In this document: positions 26,561 to 35,980 of the stretch, piece after piece
Layout: every line of letters begins with the position of its first letter
Numbering within the stretch: position 1 is the stretch's first letter
Assembly (NCBI GenBank): GCA_965221775.1
Contig: CBDCSU010000005.1
Coordinates: 1,408,001-1,472,000, forward strand
Reading direction: 5' to 3'
DNA from: Candidatus Latescibacterota bacterium
GTDB taxonomy: Bacteria; Latescibacterota; UBA2968; UBA8231
DNA: 64,000 nt
The notes under the pieces: generated by a model
Seen by the model: only the letters and a program-made list of their open reading frames with translations
Database searches by the model: none
What the model was told of the DNA's origin: nothing
Made by a program: the position numbers and the translations under genes

Positions 26561-29500
26561 ATGACGGACCGACGCATGCCCACCTGGGGATTCCTCTTCC
26601 TCACCGCCCTTCTGCCCGCCGGCGCCGAAGCCGCGGGCCCGGCCACCTTTCACCTCTCCTTCGACGACTTCGACTTCCTCGAGCACGACTTCGTCGCCCG
26701 GAACGGCCACAAGTCCATCGAGGACCGGGGCCTGACCCTGGAGGAGGGGCGCTTCGGCAAGGGCCTGCGCATGAACCTCACCCCGCACATCGATCTGCGC
26801 GACGAGATGAGCGGCGGCGAACTGGACGAAGTCGTGGCGGTCATGTTCCGAACCTGGAGGCACCGCGAGCACTGGACCGTCGACAACCAGCCCTTCCTCT
26901 GGGGCGCCGGTCGGTTCAACACCGGCAGCGGCGCCGTGGCCTTCTGGGTGAAGGGCGAGCTGTCCGAGGGGGAGCTGTTCAACCAGTCGGCCATGGCCTG
27001 GGGGCGGGCCGAGAAGCACCTGCTGGCGATCACCGTTGGCGCCGACGGGCGCCTCGGCGCCCACCTCGTCGACGCCCGCTACGCGCGCCACGAGATCCGC
27101 TCCCGGCGCGAGTGGGACCCGGACCGCTGGAACCACGTGGTCCTCAACTGGGACAAGGCCCGGGGCCTGGAGCTTGTCGTCAACGGCCGCAGCGCGGCCT
27201 CCTCCCGGGGCCGGGACGCCTGGTGGGAGACGGCCCTGCCGGGGCTGTTCCACCTGCCCATGCCCCATGTCGTGTACGACGAGCTGCACGCCTTCTCCCG
27301 CCCCCTGGAGCGGGACGAGATCAAGGCCCTGGCGCGGACCAACACACCGCCCGCCTCCACCGAGACCGTCCGCCGCAGCCGCAAGGACCGCGACCGCCTG
27401 GCCCGCGCCTCGGGCCTGGGACCGGAGGCGGATCTTCCCGTCCTCGAGCCCCTCGACTCCGGGCGCGTCCTGACCTTCACCGAGATCGTCCCCGCCTTCG
27501 TGGGCGAGGAGAACATCCCCGCCTTCTTCTGCCGCGACGGCCGCTACGAGCTGGCCTGGCCGCACCCGCAGGACGTGTTCACGCCGATCCCGGGGGACGC
27601 CGCCCACCAGGCCGAGAGGCTCGACGTCGACCCCGGCGAGGGCGCCGTCTTCAACTACCTCACCGTCGAGGGGAATCTCGCCGAGATGCCGGCGGCGCTC
27701 ACGGACCTGCGCCGCGGCGACGAGGGCCTCTTCGAGGGCGAGGTCTTCCTCGATCTGCCGCGGGACGAGCGCTTGTTCTTCGCCGCCACCCTGCCCCGCC
27801 AGGCCCACGGCCCCTTCCACCTGCCCTTCCTCCAGGGCTACGGCGCGCCCCCCGGCTTCGAGGGCGACCTCCACCTGCCCCTCACCGGCCAGACGCGGGT
27901 CCACGAGGTAGGCCTCTTCGACGTCACCGTGCAGCCCTGGTCGCCCGATCCCGAGGAAGACCTCAGCTTCCACCTGCGCCGCGGCGGCCGCCTGGAGCCG
28001 CGCTACGACCTGGCCCTGCGGACCCAGCACGGCCTCGGGGAGCGCGAAACCCTCTTCGGCTACCGGACCCCGCCCGGCGGGGACCCCGAGTGGGTGGAGA
28101 CGGGCTACCTGAACCGGGTCCACCTCGTCACCGCGCCGGTGACGGGCAAGACCTGCGTCGGCGCCATCCTCCTCGACCTGCGGGTGCGGACTCGGAGCCG
28201 GGAGGACCTGCTCGTGGTGCGCCTGCGCGACCCCGGGCTCCCCCACCGCGTCTGGACCCACGCCGAGGTGAAGCTGCGCGGCTTCGACGGCGACGGCGGC
28301 CGCCTGCGCCTGCTCCTCGACCCGCCGCCCCTCATCCTGCCCGCCGGCGACCGCATCTGGCTCGATGTGGCCAGCCACGACAACGCCCGCATCCGCATCG
28401 GCGGCGAGCCGGGGAGCCGCATCGTCCTGAGGAAGGCGCCCCTCCAGGCCTCGGAAGCGGCGTACGAGAGCAAGGGCCTCATGCCCGTCGTCGCCGAGGC
28501 CACCAAGGCCCACTACCGGCCCTGGATCTTCGAGCGCATCACCCCCGACCTCGACAATCCCCACACCCTCGGCGGCCACTACGACTCGGTCATGCCGGCC
28601 CTGGCCGTGAGCCGCGTGCTGCCCTACTCGGTGATCGCCCAGGACTACCTCGACATGGCGGGCGTCCTGGGCAAGGCGCGCGATACCTACGGGCTGGCCG
28701 TGCCGGCCCGCGCCTCGTTCTCGCCGGACCAGGTACCCGAGGGCGTGCCCGCCTGGGCGTGGCTGCAGCACCGGCTCAAGGCGTTCCGCCTGCGCGTCAT
28801 CGACTGGATGGTCCGCAACCAGAACTCGGACGGCCAGCTCGGCGAGGGCTGGAACGACGACGTCTTCCTCCTCGTGGGCCGCTACGACGTGCCCCTCGAC
28901 AGCCACCCTGGCGCCCGGCGGATGTACCTGCGGCTCTTCGAAGGCCTGGACCGCACCCACATGCTCGGCGGCGGCTGGGTGCGGATCTCGCCCATGGACC
29001 ACTTCCACACGGAGGACCTCACGAGCACGCGGTTCCACTCCGTGCTGATGAAGCCGGGCGACCCCTACATCGTGCGCCGCGCCCTGGAGACCGCATGGCA
29101 CTTCGGCAAGCCGGAGCGCACGCCCCAGTACTACTTCGACGGCGGGCCCTTCGTGTACGACTACAACATCCTGCGCTGGTACTGGGGCACGGGGCCGCGG
29201 TACGCATACCAGAGCCCCCCGGAGGCGCAGCTCATGGGCAGCCTTACCCACTATTACAAGGAGAGCAGCGACCTGCGTTTCCACCGCTTCACCGAGGCCT
29301 GGAACGCCCGCCGCGGCGGCGAGCAGGCGATCACCGGCATGGTCCTCGGCGGCTGGGGCCGCCGGACGCGGAACCCCGACTCCGACGACCTGAGCATCAC
29401 CCTCTCCTGGCCCGAGGGCGGCGGGCGGGACTTGGCCCAGTGGGTGACCTGGGCCGACAGCACGGGCCTGGAGTGCCGCCTGTTCTCCTTCGATCCCCTG

Positions 29501-30022
29501 CCCCGCCGGGTGACGGCGCGGCTCTACCGGATCGACCCCGGGGCCTTCGAGATCACCCTCCACGAGTTTGGTGAGGGGGCCGCAGGAGAGATGCTGTGGA
29601 GCCGCCGGCAGGAGCTGCAGCGCTACGACACGATCACGCTGGAGGTGCCGCCCGGCCGCGAGATGATTCTCGGCGTGCGTCGGGTCGAGCCCGCCCCCGG
29701 CGACGGCCTGCTGCCGGACCTGGCCGTGGCCGCCTACGACTGCGAGCGGAGCGGTTCCGCCCTGAGGGTGCGGGTCTCCAACGTCGGCGCAGCGGCGTCA
29801 CCGCCGACGCGGCTGGTGGTGCGGTCGGCGGAGGGGGCGGAACTGGCGGAGGCGGAGGTGCCGCCGCTTGCGGCGCCGACGGACTTCGTGGAGAGGTCCG
29901 CGTGGGTGGAGGTGGCGGGGCTGCCTGGGGAGGGGGAGCTGGTGGTTGCGGTGGATCCGGGGGACGGGATCCGGGAGCTGTACCGGGGGAACAACCGGGC
30001 GGTGGTCGGGGGTGGGGAGTGA
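26561..30022 (+). CDS. Large secreted protein with LamG-like N-terminal domain and CARDB-like C-terminus
   Basis: Signal peptide; GRFGKG, GAVAFWVK, WNHVVLNWD, YDELHAFSRPL (LamG); LPDLAV...VSNVG...VDPGDGIRELYRGNN (CARDB). Confidence 0.75.
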   Translation: MTDRRMPTWGFLFLTALLPAGAEAAGPATFHLSFDDFDFLEHDFVARNGHKSIEDRGLTLEEGRFGKGLRMNLTPHIDLRDEMSGGELDEVVAVMFRTWRHREHWTVDNQPFLWGAGRFNTGSGAVAFWVKGELSEGELFNQSAMAWGRAEKHLLAITVGADGRLGAHLVDARYARHEIRSRREWDPDRWNHVVLNWDKARGLELVVNGRSAASSRGRDAWWETALPGLFHLPMPHVVYDELHAFSRPLERDEIKALARTNTPPASTETVRRSRKDRDRLARASGLGPEADLPVLEPLDSGRVLTFTEIVPAFVGEENIPAFFCRDGRYELAWPHPQDVFTPIPGDAAHQAERLDVDPGEGAVFNYLTVEGNLAEMPAALTDLRRGDEGLFEGEVFLDLPRDERLFFAATLPRQAHGPFHLPFLQGYGAPPGFEGDLHLPLTGQTRVHEVGLFDVTVQPWSPDPEEDLSFHLRRGGRLEPRYDLALRTQHGLGERETLFGYRTPPGGDPEWVETGYLNRVHLVTAPVTGKTCVGAILLDLRVRTRSREDLLVVRLRDPGLPHRVWTHAEVKLRGFDGDGGRLRLLLDPPPLILPAGDRIWLDVASHDNARIRIGGEPGSRIVLRKAPLQASEAAYESKGLMPVVAEATKAHYRPWIFERITPDLDNPHTLGGHYDSVMPALAVSRVLPYSVIAQDYLDMAGVLGKARDTYGLAVPARASFSPDQVPEGVPAWAWLQHRLKAFRLRVIDWMVRNQNSDGQLGEGWNDDVFLLVGRYDVPLDSHPGARRMYLRLFEGLDRTHMLGGGWVRISPMDHFHTEDLTSTRFHSVLMKPGDPYIVRRALETAWHFGKPERTPQYYFDGGPFVYDYNILRWYWGTGPRYAYQSPPEAQLMGSLTHYYKESSDLRFHRFTEAWNARRGGEQAITGMVLGGWGRRTRNPDSDDLSITLSWPEGGGRDLAQWVTWADSTGLECRLFSFDPLPRRVTARLYRIDPGAFEITLHEFGEGAAGEMLWSRRQELQRYDTITLEVPPGREMILGVRRVEPAPGDGLLPDLAVAAYDCERSGSALRVRVSNVGAAASPPTRLVVRSAEGAELAEAEVPPLAAPTDFVERSAWVEVAGLPGEGELVVAVDPGDGIRELYRGNNRAVVGGGE

Positions 30023-30088
30023 ACCTGCAGCCGTGGAACCGTGGAACCCGTTCGATCGTCTGCTCTCAGAGACGATCAGGGGGAAAAG

Positions 30089-31369
30089 ATGACCAAGCGT
30101 GAACTTGCAGATCCGACCGACCGTGCCCACCGCGCCGCGCGCCGCCTCCGGTTCATTCCAGGAGCCCTTCTCCTGTTCGTCGCAGCCGGGTGCGGAGACT
30201 CCGTCACCAATCCGTCCGACGGCGTAGAGGAAATCACCCAGCTTCCGCGCGCCCTGAGCACCGCCGAGGTCGAGGTCATCGCGGCGAACAACCGCTTCGC
30301 CTTCGGCCTCCTCGCGCAGGCCAACCTCCCCGACGGCAACCTCTTCCTTTCTCCGCTCTCGGCGTCCATGGCGCTCGGGATGACGATGAACGGAGCCGCG
30401 GGGGAGACCTGGAGCCAGATGCGCGACGCGCTGGGGTTCGGGAGCCTCGCCGAGGAAGAGATCAACGCCTCCTACGAGTCCCTGCTCGGGCTCCTCGTCG
30501 GCCTCGATCCGGCCGTTGAGACCGCGATCGGGAACTCCGTGTGGACCCGGCAGGGCTTCCCGGTGCATTCGGACTTCCTGGACGCCGTGCGCGAGACCTT
30601 CGACGCCGAGGTGGCGGAACTCGATTTCGGGAGTCCTTCGGCGGCCGAGCGGATCAACGGGTGGGTCAAAGCCGCGACAGGTGATCGAATCGAGGAGATC
30701 GTTCCCGCGAGCATTCCCGGCGCCGTCGTCATGTACCTGATCAACGCGATCTACTTCAAGGGTTCGTGGGCCCTGCGGTTCGATCCGTCCGACACGCGGG
30801 CCGAGCCCTTCCACCTGGACGACGGGTCCACCCGGACGGCGCAACTCATGACCCTCCGGAGAGACCTCCCCTACCAGGAGAACAGCCGGTTCCAGGCCGT
30901 GGACCTGCCGTACGGGGGCCGCGCGTTCTCGATGACCGTGCTCCTGCCGCGGCGTGGCGTGAGCGTGGACGACCTCGCGGCATCCCTCGACGCAGGGGAG
31001 TGGGAGGAGATCGCCGGCAGCTTCCACGAGACCGATGTGCGGCTCTTCCTGCCGCGCTTCCGGATGGCCTACGAACGCACGCTCAACGACGACCTCGCCG
31101 CCCTCGGCATGGTCGACGCCTTCGATCAACGGGCGGATTTCACAAGACTCTCGCCGGCCGGCGGCTTGTGGATCTCCGAGGTGAAGCAGAAGTCCTGGGT
31201 GGAGGTCAACGAAGAGGGCACCGAGGCGGCCGCGACCACCGTGGTCTCGGTGGCCGAGAGCGCCGGTTCCATCGTTCGCGCCGACCGCCCTTTTCTCTTC
31301 TTCATCCGGGAGCGCCTCTCCGGCACCATCCTCTTCGCCGGCAAGCTCGCGAGCCCCCCCGAGGACTGA
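30089..31369 (+). CDS. Serpin, probable lipoprotein
   Basis: VAAGC lipobox; NLFLSPLS, INAIYFKGSW, hinge EEGTEAAA, ADRPFLFFIRE...ILFAG. Confidence 0.95.
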   Translation: MTKRELADPTDRAHRAARRLRFIPGALLLFVAAGCGDSVTNPSDGVEEITQLPRALSTAEVEVIAANNRFAFGLLAQANLPDGNLFLSPLSASMALGMTMNGAAGETWSQMRDALGFGSLAEEEINASYESLLGLLVGLDPAVETAIGNSVWTRQGFPVHSDFLDAVRETFDAEVAELDFGSPSAAERINGWVKAATGDRIEEIVPASIPGAVVMYLINAIYFKGSWALRFDPSDTRAEPFHLDDGSTRTAQLMTLRRDLPYQENSRFQAVDLPYGGRAFSMTVLLPRRGVSVDDLAASLDAGEWEEIAGSFHETDVRLFLPRFRMAYERTLNDDLAALGMVDAFDQRADFTRLSPAGGLWISEVKQKSWVEVNEEGTEAAATTVVSVAESAGSIVRADRPFLFFIRERLSGTILFAGKLASPPED

Positions 31370-31450
31370 CGGCGCCAGCAGTGGCGGCGCTGCGCCACGG
31401 TCGCGCTGGAGGTGCCGCCGGCGCGGCGGGTGGTTCGCAGCGCGGACGGT
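31370..31450 (+). pseudogene. Degenerate fragment duplicating the 3' part of the LamG-CARDB gene
   Basis: Reads RRQQWRRCATVALEVPPARRVVRSADG, matching RRQELQRYDTITLEVPP (29603-29653) joined to PPTRLVVRSAEG (29801-29836). Confidence 0.6.
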
Positions 31451-31505
31451 GGCCGCGGGCAGGTGGGCCTGCGCGGGCCGAGACTCGGCAGCAGGACCGC
31501 CAAGG

Positions 31506-32306
31506 TCAGTGCAGGTCGAACAGTGAAGGCGGGTCACCCTCGGGATAGTTGTCCAGGTAGCGCTGGATGTAACTCCGCGTAACCGGCGGCATCCGCTCCA
31601 GGTGCCCCGGCCGCGTCAGGGCTTCCCGCTGTCCGTGCTCGTGCTGCATCACCGTGGCCCCCGCGTTCCAGAAGGCGCAGTGCAGGGTCCAGCGCTTGCG
31701 GCCCTCGGGGTTCCAGCCGCGGTGCCAGAGGTTGGCGTTGTAGTGGACGATGTCCCCCGGCTCCAGCTCGACCACCAGGGCGCCCGGCATCTCCCCGCCT
31801 TCGCTGCGGGAGGCTTCGATCTCCGCTTCCGTGGACGCCCGCAGGTGGCTGCCGGGGACGATGTGGAGGAAGCGGTCGCCGGGCACGAGGGGGGCGTTGA
31901 ACTGCACGGAGCGGCCCTCGTGGCGGCGCAGGAACGCGGTCTCGTCCGGGTCCCCCGGGCGGCCGAGGTCGCGGTGCCACTTCTGGGTGTACGCCTGCCC
32001 GCCGCCGGCGGCGAGCATGCCGAAGAGGCTGTGGCGCACCCCCGGGCCGCGGACCAGGGCCTCCAGCTGTGGGGCGAGATCCTCGTCGATCCAGTCGCCG
32101 AAGGCGGGGTGGTACTTCCCGGGGTGCAGCATGTGCCCGGTCCGTGACGGCAGCCGGCGCTCGCGGTCGATCCAGCCCAACTCGCACTCTCCCGCCAGCC
32201 CCTTGTCGATCATGCCCTCGACCCCTTCGACCAGGGACCCGATGCGGCTCTTGGAGAAGGCCTGCCGCAGGATGAGGAATCCCTGCTCGGCGTAAGTCTG
32301 GGTCAT
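31506..32306 (-). CDS. Phytanoyl-CoA dioxygenase-family Fe(II)/2OG enzyme
   Basis: MTQTYAEQGFLIL, WHRD, VPGSH, LEPGD, LWHRG. Confidence 0.88.
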   Translation of the reverse strand: MTQTYAEQGFLILRQAFSKSRIGSLVEGVEGMIDKGLAGECELGWIDRERRLPSRTGHMLHPGKYHPAFGDWIDEDLAPQLEALVRGPGVRHSLFGMLAAGGGQAYTQKWHRDLGRPGDPDETAFLRRHEGRSVQFNAPLVPGDRFLHIVPGSHLRASTEAEIEASRSEGGEMPGALVVELEPGDIVHYNANLWHRGWNPEGRKRWTLHCAFWNAGATVMQHEHGQREALTRPGHLERMPPVTRSYIQRYLDNYPEGDPPSLFDLH

Positions 32307-33766
32307 TGCGGCGTCACCTCCCCCGCGAACGGTCCGTACATGCCCTTCCCCCATTCGATCCGCGCCGCTTCCAGACTTGCCACAACCTTGGGATCGGCCG
32401 GCGCCGATGCGATCTCGGCCCCATCCTGGGCGATGGCGATGCGGTCGCCGTCGGCGATGAACTCGAGCGTCGTCTCCCCCTCCCGCCAGGCCACGGCGCC
32501 CGCGGCGCATCCCGGCTTGCGCATGCGGTGCACGGTCCGGTACTCGTCCCAGATCTGGTCGTCGTGGAGGAACTCCATTCTCATGTCCCGCTGCTGACAG
32601 CCCTTGGCGCTCGTGGAGATGAAGAGGGAATCGCCCATCGGGGCCAGGCCGGTGGTGCGGTTGCCCCAGTCGTTCCAGACGATCTTGTCTCCGTGGATCT
32701 CGTTGTAGCCCACGGTCCGGTCCTCCCAGGGGTGGTTCCACTCGTCCGTGATCGGCGGATGCTCGAACATCCTGCGGACGAAGTCCCACTCGGCGCCGTG
32801 GTGGTCGTAGCGCCACAGTTCGGCCCAAGGCCAGACCCCCACGTGCAGGTCTCCGCCGAAGAGGCAGGTCGTCTGCGCCTCGCGGACCTCTGTGGAGACA
32901 CCCGGCATCACCGGCGGCCAGTCCTGCAGGTGACGCAGCTCCGGCCCCCGCTCCACGTACTCCAGCAGGTTCCCCGTCGGATAGTGGCCGATGAGCATGC
33001 GGTCGTACCAGTTCAGCATCGAGTAGAGCTGGTGGCTCACCCCCGTCAGCGACTGGCGGATGATCCGCCACCCTGAGCCGTCGAAGGCGTAGACTCCGCC
33101 GAGGTTGGAGGACTGGATGATCTCGTCCCCCAGCTGCCCGGCGGAGAACGAGCTCTCCCCCGCATAGCGCAGATCCAGGGTGATCGCCCGGCCCAGGTCG
33201 AGAGGACCGTCTCCCGGCCGCCAGGGAACCGCATGCAGCTTGCTCCACTCCGGGGTGTTGTTCTGATAGAAGACGAGGTGTCCGTGGGAGTAGTAGAAGT
33301 GGTGGTAACGGCCCTCCTCCGCCCGGTCCAGGATCCTGGCGCCGTCGTACCATGCCTCGCCGCCCTTGAACTGGAGCAGCTGGCCCGCGAGGCGCATCGC
33401 CCCCTCGCCGCTCGCCGTCTCCCCGATGCCGAACCTCTCGTCCACGACCCATGCGCCGGACTCGTCATCGAACCATCGCGCCGTGCGATCGTGATGAGGG
33501 CTGAACTGGTAGACCCGGCCGTCGAGATCGAAGAGGTAGTTGCCGCCGTCCTCGGTCGGGAAGGGCAGCTTCTCCCAGCGCGCCTCGGCGCCGTCGTGAC
33601 GCACGAAGAGCTGCAGCGTCCACCGGTCCATGCGGAAGTGGGTGTTGAAGAGCCCCATGAACCCGGCGCCGAAGACCACCCGGCCGTCGTCGTCCCGGGC
33701 CTGAAACACGGTCCCCAGGTTCTGCCCCAGGTCTTGCCCGAAGTTCACCTTCGCGGTCAAGTGCAT
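32303..33766 (-). CDS. Hypothetical protein, beta-propeller-like
   Basis: 487-aa ORF with coding-like composition, overlapping both neighbours; GGVYAFDG, GHYPTGNLLEY. Confidence 0.7.
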   Translation of the reverse strand: MHLTAKVNFGQDLGQNLGTVFQARDDDGRVVFGAGFMGLFNTHFRMDRWTLQLFVRHDGAEARWEKLPFPTEDGGNYLFDLDGRVYQFSPHHDRTARWFDDESGAWVVDERFGIGETASGEGAMRLAGQLLQFKGGEAWYDGARILDRAEEGRYHHFYYSHGHLVFYQNNTPEWSKLHAVPWRPGDGPLDLGRAITLDLRYAGESSFSAGQLGDEIIQSSNLGGVYAFDGSGWRIIRQSLTGVSHQLYSMLNWYDRMLIGHYPTGNLLEYVERGPELRHLQDWPPVMPGVSTEVREAQTTCLFGGDLHVGVWPWAELWRYDHHGAEWDFVRRMFEHPPITDEWNHPWEDRTVGYNEIHGDKIVWNDWGNRTTGLAPMGDSLFISTSAKGCQQRDMRMEFLHDDQIWDEYRTVHRMRKPGCAAGAVAWREGETTLEFIADGDRIAIAQDGAEIASAPADPKVVASLEAARIEWGKGMYGPFAGEVTPQ

Positions 33767-34992
33767 TCCTGTTCCTTTCTCGACCCGCCGACCAGGTTCT
33801 GAACGGCTGTCTCGACGTCATCGGTTATCTCTTCCACCGTCTCCCTCTTCCGGGCTCGATAGGAATCGTAACGCTCCCGGAGATCTACCGGTTCACCGAC
33901 GCGGACCGATGCCACCCGTGGCCCCCGCGGCTCCGAACGGCCGAAGACCTCCCTCTCGAGGCGCAGGATCACATCGACGAACCGCTCGGGCGACGGCTCT
34001 TCGGCGACATACCCGTCGGTGATCGATATGAAGTTGATCAGCCGCTCCAGGTCGGGATAGAACTGCTGGATCTTCTGCAGCTGCTCCGCGTGTATCCGGC
34101 CTTCGTACTCCGTCATCTCCTCGGTGTCCTGGTGGACCTGGGCATCCACCAGGTTCTTCAACGCGCGAGTCCTCGTGAGGATGTCCGCCCCCTTTTGAAG
34201 GCCCATGATCCCTTCGGCGCGGACCAGGATCGCATCCTTCAACCGCTCGATATGCACTTCGAGGGAGACGCTCTCGTCCACCTCGTACTGGTATTCCGAT
34301 GCGAGGGTTCGGAATACCGCGACCCCGATGCGGCGCAACCGCTCGTAGCGTTCGGCCGGCGTCCGTTCGGCGGAGGGGAGGATATGCCGTTCCAGCCTCG
34401 TGAGAGCGGCGTCGATGGCGTTCCACATGTCGCGCGGGTAGTGATACTTGATGCCCACGGGCACGACATACAGCGGCTTCCTGACCTCCGCCTTCACCAT
34501 GTCGTCCAGGGCCCAGAAGCACATCTGCACGATCCCTCTCTCGAAACGCATGACCGTGTCGTTCTGGCGCGAGATCTCCCCTTCTCCGAAGATGACGACC
34601 GGCCACTCCCCCTTGGACAGCAGCTCCCGCGTCGTCCGGAAGGCATCCCTGTCGACGGTGCCGCGCACCACCGAGTAGACGCCGACGCGCTGCATCAGCC
34701 AGGCTCGGACGGCCCCGAACCTGCCCTTGTCGAAAGCCTCCCGCGCCGCCATGTAGTAGAACGGTTGCGACACCCGCGTGGACAACAGGAACATGACCAC
34801 GGGATCGGCCGAGGCCGGGTGGTTGGGGGCCAGGACCGCGGAGTGCCCCTGTACCGCCTCCAGCCGGGAGATGGACTCGGCATCGACATCCAGCTTCAAC
34901 CCCTTCAGGAACAGGCGGTTCGCCAGGGGTACGACGGCTCGCACGACGCGGATCACCGCCGTACTCGGCTCAGGCCGCTTGAAGTCCAACAT
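33757..34992 (-). CDS. PlsC-family acyltransferase
   Basis: NHPASAD (HX4D), YMAARE, IFGEGE, VPVGIKY. Confidence 0.88.
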   Translation of the reverse strand: MLDFKRPEPSTAVIRVVRAVVPLANRLFLKGLKLDVDAESISRLEAVQGHSAVLAPNHPASADPVVMFLLSTRVSQPFYYMAAREAFDKGRFGAVRAWLMQRVGVYSVVRGTVDRDAFRTTRELLSKGEWPVVIFGEGEISRQNDTVMRFERGIVQMCFWALDDMVKAEVRKPLYVVPVGIKYHYPRDMWNAIDAALTRLERHILPSAERTPAERYERLRRIGVAVFRTLASEYQYEVDESVSLEVHIERLKDAILVRAEGIMGLQKGADILTRTRALKNLVDAQVHQDTEEMTEYEGRIHAEQLQKIQQFYPDLERLINFISITDGYVAEEPSPERFVDVILRLEREVFGRSEPRGPRVASVRVGEPVDLRERYDSYRARKRETVEEITDDVETAVQNLVGGSRKEQECT

Positions 34993-35009
34993 TCGGCCCC
35001 GTCTCTGCA

Positions 35010-35960
35010 TTACCCCTCGCGCCAGAGCCGCCAGACATCCGGCTCCATGTTGTTGCCCGCCACCATCCACAGCGACCCGTCATGGACGAAGACGCTCGCC
35101 GCATGCCGGGGCGCCCAGGGGGTGTGAGGCAACTCGGTCCACTCCACGCCATCGGCTGAGTGCCACACGTCGCGGCGGTTGCCGCTCTCGGCGGCCCAGC
35201 CTTCCATCACCCACATGCGGTCGTCGAAGGCGGCCACCTCGTGGTACTGCCGGGCCGCCCAGGGAGCGTGCGCGACGTGCCGTTCCCAGTTGATCCCGTC
35301 TTCCGAGCTCCACACGTCATTGTAGAACTTCCGGACCGGTGTTGCAGGCGTATCGTACGTGCCCCCGCCCAGGATCCACATCCGGCCGTCGTGCACCGCG
35401 GCACCCCCGATCATGCCCCTTGGCGGCCACGGGGCGCTCTCGACAACGCGGGTCCAGCCGATGCCGTCGACGGTGCTCCACACATCGTTGTGGAAGACTT
35501 CGTCGCCGCCGGCGAACTCGGGCATCGTCTGGCCGCCCATCACCCAGATCCGGCCGTCGAAGGTCAGGGTGTAGTGCAGCGCCCGCGGCGCCCACGGCAC
35601 GTGGTCGCTGACCAGGTCCCAGCGGATGCCGTCCGCGCTGCTCCATACATCGCTCTGATAGTGACCCTGGTTGCAGTCGCCGCCCACGATCCACATGCGG
35701 CCGTCGTGGACCACATATCCGGCGCAGTGCCTCCCCTCCCATGGCGCCCGGGGATTCTCCAGCGTCCAGGCGGCGCCGTCGGCCGACGACCAGACCTCGC
35801 TGTTGCAGATCAGCGGGAAGTGGGTCTTGTCCCCGGGATTCCATCCGCCCAGCAGCCACATCCTGTCCCGGAAGACCAGCGCTCCGGCGCCGTCCCGGGC
35901 GGCGAAGGCGGCCTGCCCCGTGACGCGGCGCCACTCGTATCCGTGCTCACGGTCACTCAT
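35010..35960 (-). CDS. Kelch-like beta-propeller protein
   Basis: Five to six repeats of R...VFxxRMWxxGG...NDVWSSxDGxxW. Confidence 0.85.
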   Translation of the reverse strand: MSDREHGYEWRRVTGQAAFAARDGAGALVFRDRMWLLGGWNPGDKTHFPLICNSEVWSSADGAAWTLENPRAPWEGRHCAGYVVHDGRMWIVGGDCNQGHYQSDVWSSADGIRWDLVSDHVPWAPRALHYTLTFDGRIWVMGGQTMPEFAGGDEVFHNDVWSTVDGIGWTRVVESAPWPPRGMIGGAAVHDGRMWILGGGTYDTPATPVRKFYNDVWSSEDGINWERHVAHAPWAARQYHEVAAFDDRMWVMEGWAAESGNRRDVWHSADGVEWTELPHTPWAPRHAASVFVHDGSLWMVAGNNMEPDVWRLWREG

Positions 35961-35980
35961 CCGTTGTGCGCTCCCAGCCG

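Noticed and set aside
26474-29563. Long antisense ORFs (also 15860-18154, 48299-50716, 54220-56760 and others)
   Set aside because: These are typical stop-poor shadows of real genes in high-GC DNA, with no recognisable motifs.
30031-30048. CCGTGGAA duplicated upstream of the serpin as a target-site duplication
   Set aside because: The copies are adjacent rather than flanking an element, and no matching copy was found after the serpin.
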